Origin: an uncultured archaeon
Lineage (GTDB): Archaea > Thermoplasmatota > Penumbrarchaeia > JASLWR01
Reading direction: 5' to 3'
Length of the DNA stretch: 64,000 nucleotides
Assembly (NCBI GenBank): GCA_964342815.1
Contig: CAYFHS010000009.1
Location: 32,001-96,000 of the forward strand
Part shown: positions 58,004-64,000 of the stretch, in pieces
How positions within the stretch are numbered: position 1 is the first letter of the stretch
Layout of the letters: the number at the start of each line of letters is the position of its first letter
Notes under the pieces: model-generated
Told to the model about the DNA's origin: nothing
The model's input: only the letters and a program-made list of their open reading frames with translations
The model's database searches: none
Program-made: the position numbers and the translations under genes

Positions 58004-58719
58004 ATCTTCTCCAAAATGCAGTCGAGATTCACATGCTCGATAGTTGTCTCAATCAAATCAGCAAGACCGCGATCATACTTTACGGATTTCACAAACGGTA
58101 ACTCACCCAGGATATTTATTTTTCCGTAAACCCGGATCTGATCCCCATTGGTTTGACGTACTCTTTCACTATCGGGATTTAGGTCATGTTCATCCGGATT
58201 GTTCAATATTACTCCCATCAGCTCGACACCCAGATTTCGGCAATATTCCACCGTTAAAACGGTATGGTTGATGACCCCCAATCTCTGGGGGCTAACGATA
58301 ATGGCCGGAAGACCCAACTCATAGGCTATTTCACCATTTGTTCTACCTTTGATAAGAGGTGAGGCGATACCGCCGGCACCTTCCACAAATACAATATCGA
58401 CATTTCGGGCGATCCTGATTAACCGCTCCTTTATCCGATCAATGCTAACCTCGGTGGTTCCGGCTGCAAGGTCGGGCGACATAGCGGGCCTGAAACAATA
58501 TGGATTGACAAGCTCAAGCGGTATTTTCTGACCCGATGCTCTTATAAGTATCTCAGCATCCTCCGAGACAAGTTTGCCGTTCGAAAAAATCCCACCGCTC
58601 TGGACTGGTTTCATCACACCAACCGTAATACCCCTTCTTGACAATGCGCCTACTATACCCGCTGTAACAATGGTCTTTCCGATACCGGTGTCTGTTCCAG
58701 TAATAAAAACACCGTTCAA
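58000..58719 (-). CDS. bioD: Dethiobiotin synthase
   Basis: ITGTDTGIGKT, VMKPVQSG, VEGAGG, LGVINHT; 4-nt overlaps with both neighbours. Confidence 0.96.
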   Translation of the reverse strand: MNGVFITGTDTGIGKTIVTAGIVGALSRRGITVGVMKPVQSGGIFSNGKLVSEDAEILIRASGQKIPLELVNPYCFRPAMSPDLAAGTTEVSIDRIKERLIRIARNVDIVFVEGAGGIASPLIKGRTNGEIAYELGLPAIIVSPQRLGVINHTVLTVEYCRNLGVELMGVILNNPDEHDLNPDSERVRQTNGDQIRVYGKINILGELPFVKSVKYDRGLADLIETTIEHVNLDCILEKI

Positions 58720-59861
58720 AGTCCCACCTCCTTCAATCCTTCCTTAAGCGCTTGAAGACCGATGTCAAGATCCTCCTTACTGTGTGTCGCCATCAATGTG
58801 ATCCTCAGCATCGACTTATTCTTGGGAACCGTGGGATATCGGATCGGATGACAAAAAACACCTCTTTTGAACATCGCTTCGGATACCTTGAGAACCATAC
58901 TGTTTTCTCCCAATACCACTGGAATAATCGGTGTTTGTATCCCGGTCAGATCAGCACCGAGGTCCATTGAATCAAGCCCCTCTTTCAAATAGTTCACATT
59001 GTTAAACAACATTTTTCGTCTTTTTTCCTGCTTACACAACTCCAATCCTCTGACAGCGGCAGCCGCCCAGGCCGCCGGAAATGCTGTGGAATAAATAAAT
59101 CCCCTTGCCGTATTCGCAAGAAAATCCATCAACTCTTCTGAGCCCGCAACGAACCCTCCTTGAGCACCCACTGCCTTGCTGAGCGTCCCCATGTTCACAT
59201 CCACCTTTACGTTGAAATGTTCAGCGGTTCCCCGTCCCCGTTTACCTAAAATTCCAGTTCCGTGGGCATCATCGACATACAATAATAAATTGTAATTTTC
59301 GGCAATTCTCTTGAGTGCTGTGAGGTCAGCCACCTCACCGGACATGCTGAAAACCCCGTCTGAAATGATCATTCCTTCCCCGGATATTTCAATACATTTT
59401 TCGAGATCGTCCATATCCCCGTGCTGAAATATTTTCACCCCGGCCCGTGACAACCTGCACCCATCTATTAAGCTGGCGTGGTTCATTGAATCAGAGTAGA
59501 TCGTATTATTTCCGGCAAGGATTGGTATGGCTGAAACGTTTGCCATATATCCACAATTAAAAGCAAGTGAGGCCTCTTCTCCTTTGAACCTCGCGATCTC
59601 TTCCTCAAGCTTGGTATGCAGCCGAGTGGTCCCCCCTATAAGGCGTGAACCACTTGTTCCAACACCCCACTTCCTCAAGGCATTACTGGTAGTTTCTACG
59701 AGCTCGTTACTTCCGGCAATTCCAAGATAATTATTCGATGAAAAGTTGATTATCTCTCGGCCGGCATGAATAATTCTTGGCCCTTGAGGTGAATCATACG
59801 GACGCATCTTTCGATAAAGATCTTTTTCCTTTATCTTTTCGAGTTCATGGGAGAAATCCAA
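58716..59861 (-). CDS. bioF: 8-amino-7-oxononanoate synthase
   Basis: NFSSNNYLG, SGSRLIGG, NHASLIDG, SDGVFSM, VDDAHG, GTLSKA, IRYPTVP. Confidence 0.95.
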   Translation of the reverse strand: MDFSHELEKIKEKDLYRKMRPYDSPQGPRIIHAGREIINFSSNNYLGIAGSNELVETTSNALRKWGVGTSGSRLIGGTTRLHTKLEEEIARFKGEEASLAFNCGYMANVSAIPILAGNNTIYSDSMNHASLIDGCRLSRAGVKIFQHGDMDDLEKCIEISGEGMIISDGVFSMSGEVADLTALKRIAENYNLLLYVDDAHGTGILGKRGRGTAEHFNVKVDVNMGTLSKAVGAQGGFVAGSEELMDFLANTARGFIYSTAFPAAWAAAAVRGLELCKQEKRRKMLFNNVNYLKEGLDSMDLGADLTGIQTPIIPVVLGENSMVLKVSEAMFKRGVFCHPIRYPTVPKNKSMLRITLMATHSKEDLDIGLQALKEGLKEVGL

Positions 59862-59866
59862 TCAAC

Positions 59867-60847
59867 TCACCCCCGTTTGAGATCAAGACCCATATTCCGG
59901 ATCATTCTTTTGTCATCCTCGGGATTTCGCCCGGTTGTTGTGAGATAATTACCTGTGAGCATCCCATCTAATCCAGCCACCAATCCAAAAGCCTGCAGTT
60001 CATTCATATTTTTTTCTCTTCCCCCGGCATACCTTATGGATTTCGTTGGATTGACGCATCTAAACAGAGATATGGTCCGGAGTACTTCCAACGGGGGGGT
60101 TGTGGGTCGGTTCTCGAATGGCGTTCCCATTACCGGATTAAGTATGTTAATGGGGATCGAGTCCGGATTAAGCTCTCTTAGAGCGAATGCCATTTCCACC
60201 CTTTGGCTCCAGTTTTCTCCCATACCTATGATTCCACCGCAACAAACCGACAATCCTGCTCTTTTTGCGTTTCGGACGGTCTCTGCTCTTTCTTCATATC
60301 TGTGAGTACTACAAATTGTACTATAGAACGACGGAGCAGTTTCAATATTATGATGATAGCTTGTCAACCCCGCCTCCTTCAGACTCACGAGTTGTTCATA
60401 GGATAATACTCCCAGTGAGGCACATACTTCCAATCCAGTTGTTTTCTTGACTCTGGATACGGCTTCCAGGACAGCATTCATCTCCTTTGGCCCAATACCC
60501 TTGCCGGAGGTAACGATTCCAAATCGATCAGCACCTGCTTTATCCATGTCTTTTGCCGTTTCCACAATGATTTGTGGAGACATGATATCGTATACGTCCA
60601 CATCAGTTTTATGGTGGATTGACTGGGCACAGAACTTACAATCTTCAGAGCATAGGCCCGATCGGGCATTCACGATGGTACACAGACTTATCTCCTTCCC
60701 CCTGAATTTGCGGGAAATCTTTCCCGCCGCGGAAAAAAGGTCCCAGAGGTCTTCCCCTGAAATGTCGACAATTTTTTCGGCCGTTTCCCGGTTGATTCCT
60801 TCCCCATTTAGGCCCTTCCTTAGGATGGCTGATATAAAAGAATTCAT
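59867..60847 (-). CDS. bioB: Biotin synthase (radical SAM)
   Basis: CSEDCKFCAQS (CxxxCxxC), VCASLG, YHHNIET, CCGGIIGMGE, IPINILNP, RYAGGRE, GNYLTT. Start chosen at MNSFIS with GGTG RBS (track ORF begins at 60871). Confidence 0.97.
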   Translation of the reverse strand: MNSFISAILRKGLNGEGINRETAEKIVDISGEDLWDLFSAAGKISRKFRGKEISLCTIVNARSGLCSEDCKFCAQSIHHKTDVDVYDIMSPQIIVETAKDMDKAGADRFGIVTSGKGIGPKEMNAVLEAVSRVKKTTGLEVCASLGVLSYEQLVSLKEAGLTSYHHNIETAPSFYSTICSTHRYEERAETVRNAKRAGLSVCCGGIIGMGENWSQRVEMAFALRELNPDSIPINILNPVMGTPFENRPTTPPLEVLRTISLFRCVNPTKSIRYAGGREKNMNELQAFGLVAGLDGMLTGNYLTTTGRNPEDDKRMIRNMGLDLKRG

Positions 60848-60856
60848 TTCCACACC

Positions 60857-60890
60857 ATTGTAAACTTGCAAGTGGCGAAAAGTTTACAAT
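60857..60890. promoter_or_regulatory. BirA-type biotin operator
   Basis: Perfect inverted repeat ATTGTAAACT-N14-AGTTTACAAT (TGTAAAC-N16-GTTTACA) lying 10-43 nt upstream of the bioB ATG; TTTAAA TATA-like element just upstream on the minus strand. Confidence 0.85.
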
Positions 60891-60955
60891 CATTAAATAT
60901 CTTTGTCCCAGAAATTTAAAAAACACTAAGATTAAAATGGTCTAGTTGTTTAGAC

Positions 60956-61181
60956 CCTTACTTGTAAAGGTGACCCATACTGGCTCACCATACAGGACAA
61001 GTGGTGACTTGTCAAGTAAAGACGGGAACAAAGTGACTGTCTTCTTGGTAAAGTTGAGCCAGAATGGGTCGGCTTTACGTGTAAAGCCGTCCCTTTTTGG
61101 TACGTCTTTACCAATAAGTCTGTCCAAATGTGCCTGACTTTACACGTAAAGTCACCGCTTGACAAGGCTTGACCAGTAACA
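60956..61181. repeat. Array of imperfect CTTTAC-NN-GTAAAG palindromes with about 32-33 bp spacing
   Basis: Copies at 60956, 61008, 61040, 61073, 61106, 61138 and 61168. The strongest are GGCTTTAC-GT-GTAAAGCC (61071) and TGACTTTAC-AC-GTAAAGTCA (61135). Confidence 0.7.
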
Positions 61182-61255
61182 CCCGGGTAAGTGCAATGTA
61201 ACTTGAGGATACTTCCGTAGGTACATCTACATTGGTGAGCCATTATAGGTCGGCT

Positions 61256-61696
61256 TTACCTAACAACCATTACCGAGCATTCTGCGTATCGGGTAACCTT
61301 TTCAGCAACTGAACCCATCAAAATGGAACTCAGGGTACCTTGGCCTACGCTACCCAGAATAACAAGGTCGTATTCAGATGAGATTTTAATAATTTCTTTG
61401 GCCACGTTGCCGTTTGCTAGGTGAGAAGAGATTTCTACGCCTACTTCCCTGCCCTTGTCCACATACTCTTTCAACAAAGATTTCGCCATGGATTTCGTCT
61501 CTTTCTCAACGAGACGAACCACTGTGGATACCTCCACACTCTCGAAAGGGGGAGGCAGACGAACACTGGAATCAATCACGTATATGACCGTGGCTTCGCC
61601 GTTGAGTGATTTTGTAATCTTCATGGCTGTTGCAAAGGCTTTATTAGAGGGACTGGAGCCATCTATGGGGATCAATATCTTCTTCGGTGTCTTCAT
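61256..61696 (-). CDS. Universal stress protein (UspA family)
   Basis: KILIPIDGS, DLVILGSVG, MGSVAEKVTRYAECSVMVVR. Confidence 0.93.
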   Translation of the reverse strand: MKTPKKILIPIDGSSPSNKAFATAMKITKSLNGEATVIYVIDSSVRLPPPFESVEVSTVVRLVEKETKSMAKSLLKEYVDKGREVGVEISSHLANGNVAKEIIKISSEYDLVILGSVGQGTLSSILMGSVAEKVTRYAECSVMVVR

Positions 61697-61946
61697 GGTC
61701 TCACGCTGATCAAAAGGTCGCCCTATTATTAAAAATATTGGATATGATATTTCGATCCATTCAATTTATTTTAGTTTAATCTAGGCAGTTAATAATTTTA
61801 TTTGGGATTTATTTTACGATTACGGTTTTCCATAGATGTCGAATTTACCGGTTTAGATTTTTCTAAAGCAAGTATTTAATTTATATAAAAGATATGATTA
61901 TACAAAGACGTTTGGCTGATATCACATCAACAGAAAAAGTGTTAAT

Positions 61947-62957
61947 ATGCGTAAATTCGTAGCCTTCCAAAGAGCAATAATCATTCCTATGAATATTACA
62001 TTCATTTTATTATTCTCGGTAAATGTCATCATATTTCCATCCGAGGGGGAGGATATATTAAAAATCGAACACAAAGCACAGTCCGACTCGAGATTTCGCG
62101 CTTCGATCGATTTGAAAGGAAAAATCGCATACGCCGAGTATCAGAATAATGAGGTCGAAGGATACGCCAATATGAATGGAAATATCACCATCGATGATTG
62201 GGGGGTAGAGACCTCTATCGTGATCAACCTAAGAGCTATCAGTGATATTTGCAACACAGAAATTCATCCGGAGATTATTTACTTAACCCGTCTTTCTCCC
62301 CAACATGTTGATTTTCGAGTCCAGGTAATTATACCGAAGGAAACTCCTGCTGAACTGGAATTTTCAATAAACGTAACGGGTACTGTTCAGCTCTCACAAA
62401 GTGGTCGTACCGTTCAACTTAATTCGAAGGATTTTATTGCGAAAATGGAAACCTATCATCATTTTTGGTTGCAGTATCACCCGTCTTACATATCCATCAA
62501 TAGGGATCGAATTTACAGAATCGAACCTATAATAGTCAATTCCGGTAACAGCAAGGACAACTATAGCATGGAAGTTATTGTAATAGCTGAAAATAATAAT
62601 GATCCTGAGATATTTTTCGAATTGGAAAAAGATTATTTCGAGATTCCTGGTTTCAGAAATGAAGGCTCTTACCTCAACATTATCATTGGTGAGGAAGCGG
62701 ATCTCGGTGAATACAAGATCATTCTCCGGATTACGGCAAATAAGACCGTGAGCAATAAAAAGAACTTATGGGTAGAGGAAGAGGTAATCACAGTTTTCGT
62801 TATCGAACCGGAGGAATACAAGGGAGAAAGCGGGATGTTCATGGTGCTTATGATCGGTTTCATCATAGGAGTGGTCATATTGACTATATTCTTTCTGATG
62901 GTTCGTGTATTGTTAAGATGGATTCGTAAACGTGTCAAACGAGATAAACAAATTTAA
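61947..62957 (+). CDS. Secreted Ig-like protein with a C-terminal TM anchor (choice-of-anchor T-like)
   Basis: Hydrophobic N-terminus; FRVQVIIP...INVTGTV and NSGNSKDNY Ig-like segments; TM helix plus RKRVKR. The family name is tentative. Confidence 0.6.
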   Translation: MRKFVAFQRAIIIPMNITFILLFSVNVIIFPSEGEDILKIEHKAQSDSRFRASIDLKGKIAYAEYQNNEVEGYANMNGNITIDDWGVETSIVINLRAISDICNTEIHPEIIYLTRLSPQHVDFRVQVIIPKETPAELEFSINVTGTVQLSQSGRTVQLNSKDFIAKMETYHHFWLQYHPSYISINRDRIYRIEPIIVNSGNSKDNYSMEVIVIAENNNDPEIFFELEKDYFEIPGFRNEGSYLNIIIGEEADLGEYKIILRITANKTVSNKKNLWVEEEVITVFVIEPEEYKGESGMFMVLMIGFIIGVVILTIFFLMVRVLLRWIRKRVKRDKQI

Positions 62958-63121
62958 TTATTCGTTTACACTGAAATTCATCCTTACTATAAAGCATTAT
63001 AATGTTGCCATATAGGACCAAAGTAATATAAATAATAAAGTAACTCACCCGTCAAAATTGTTCCCTACCCATATTGTGTTCAATCCAATATATAAACACT
63101 AATCAGGAGTGCCTGTCCCAC

Positions 63122-63742
63122 ATGTACCGGATCATCAGTAAACAAGATACTGTTCGCATACCTCCATCAAAGTTGGAGGAAGATTATGATAGTACTATTA
63201 CCGAATTGACAAAGTACACTTTTGAGGGTACCATCGACTCATTCAGGAATCTCACCCTTTCGATCTCGGAAGTCTTACCTATCGGACAGGGGCATATAGT
63301 ACACGGTGACGGTAGCGTTTATCAGAGGGTCGAATATAGTGCATTAATATTTGCTCCGCCTCGACACGAAATAGTACATGGAGTTGTAATCGAGGTGCTG
63401 AAATTCGGTGCTTTTGTGCGGTTTGGTCCGCTCGAAGGGCTTCTGCATATCAGCCAGATAATGGATGATCACGTGGATGTGGACCTGATGAACGAGCGGT
63501 TGATCGGGAAGGAAACCGGGCGGGAGATCAAGGTTGGAGATCTTATCAGAGCAAGGATCGTAACGTACAAGATAAACGAAAGAAACCCGAATGAGAGCAG
63601 AATCGGTCTTACTATGAGACAACCGGGATTAGGAAAATTGGAATGGCTGGAAGAAGCCCGAAAAGAGCTTGAGGCTGCGAAGAAGGGTACAAAGGTCGAG
63701 GCGGAAGTGAAGAAATCTAAACGGAAGGGGAAAAAAAAATAA
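63122..63742 (+). CDS. rpoE1: DNA-directed RNA polymerase subunit E' (Rpo7)
   Basis: DTVRIPP, IVHGDG, S1 domain FGAFVRFGPLEGLLHISQIMDD, IGLTMRQPGLGKLEW. Confidence 0.97.
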   Translation: MYRIISKQDTVRIPPSKLEEDYDSTITELTKYTFEGTIDSFRNLTLSISEVLPIGQGHIVHGDGSVYQRVEYSALIFAPPRHEIVHGVVIEVLKFGAFVRFGPLEGLLHISQIMDDHVDVDLMNERLIGKETGREIKVGDLIRARIVTYKINERNPNESRIGLTMRQPGLGKLEWLEEARKELEAAKKGTKVEAEVKKSKRKGKKK

Positions 63743-63764
63743 CATAATCGGGGGTTGAAAGCGA

Positions 63765-63953
63765 ATGGCCGAGATATTGAAAGGATGCAAGGATTGCCAG
63801 GCTCTTACGGAATTGAACAAGTGTCCCCATTGCGGTGGAAAGATTTCCTCGGACTGGAGTGGCTATCTCGTGATAATCGATCATACGAGATCTCGTATCG
63901 CCAAAAAGATGTCGGTAAATTTCAACGGAAAGTTCGCTCTTAAAGTAAGATGA
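63765..63953 (+). CDS. spt4: Transcription elongation factor Spt4 (RpoE2)
   Basis: CKDC...CPHCG, SSDWSGYLVIIDHTRSRIAKKM...GKFALKVR; directly downstream of rpoE1. Confidence 0.96.
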   Translation: MAEILKGCKDCQALTELNKCPHCGGKISSDWSGYLVIIDHTRSRIAKKMSVNFNGKFALKVR

Positions 63954-64000
63954 TCTAACCGTTTTTTCATGAAACAAATAGCGAAAATAACATACAAAAC

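Noticed and set aside
63969-64000. Possible start of a next gene (MKQIAKITYK) after spt4
   Set aside because: Only 10 codons before the window ends; cannot be supported.

Overview
Archaeal chromosomal window, most likely Thermoplasmatota. This is inferred from a stand-alone 16S rRNA gene at 36577-38044 with no linked 23S, an rpoE1-spt4 pair, a COG1340-type coiled-coil gene, a PGF-CTERM protein and GGTGA/GGAGG ribosome-binding sites. About 38 genes are present. Housekeeping and metabolic genes: nurA-herA, a PAS histidine kinase with its response regulator, a RimI-like GNAT, an OPT transporter operon, thiolase plus HAD/ECH fusion, MsrBA, a CrtI-like oxidoreductase, speB, a complete bioBFDA operon with a BirA-type operator, a Usp protein, rpoE1 and spt4. 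There is also a dense set of large surface proteins: TSP3-like repeat, LTD plus 2xPLD, three transglutaminase-like, LamG/cadherin, and a 1609-aa pilin-like protein. No tRNA, CRISPR array, transposase or integrase was found. The most unusual signals are: (i) a 23-bp repeat family, as a 20-unit array at 41611-42070 and a degenerate, largely in-register sibling at about 22987-23123; (ii) a multibranch structured RNA leader at 55490-55659 whose closing helix matches 16S helix 45 at 19 of 20 nt; (iii) a second hairpin cluster at 22483-22661; (iv) an array of CTTTAC-NN-GTAAAG palindromes with about 33-bp period at 60956-61181; (v) paralogous surface transglutaminase-like proteins, one with Ser at the catalytic Cys position, carrying cytoplasmic Zn-ribbon tails that also occur as a free 5x protein; (vi) a FYVE-spaced Zn finger/TPR/coiled-coil protein. 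All calls were made by eye; no searches or folding programs were run.
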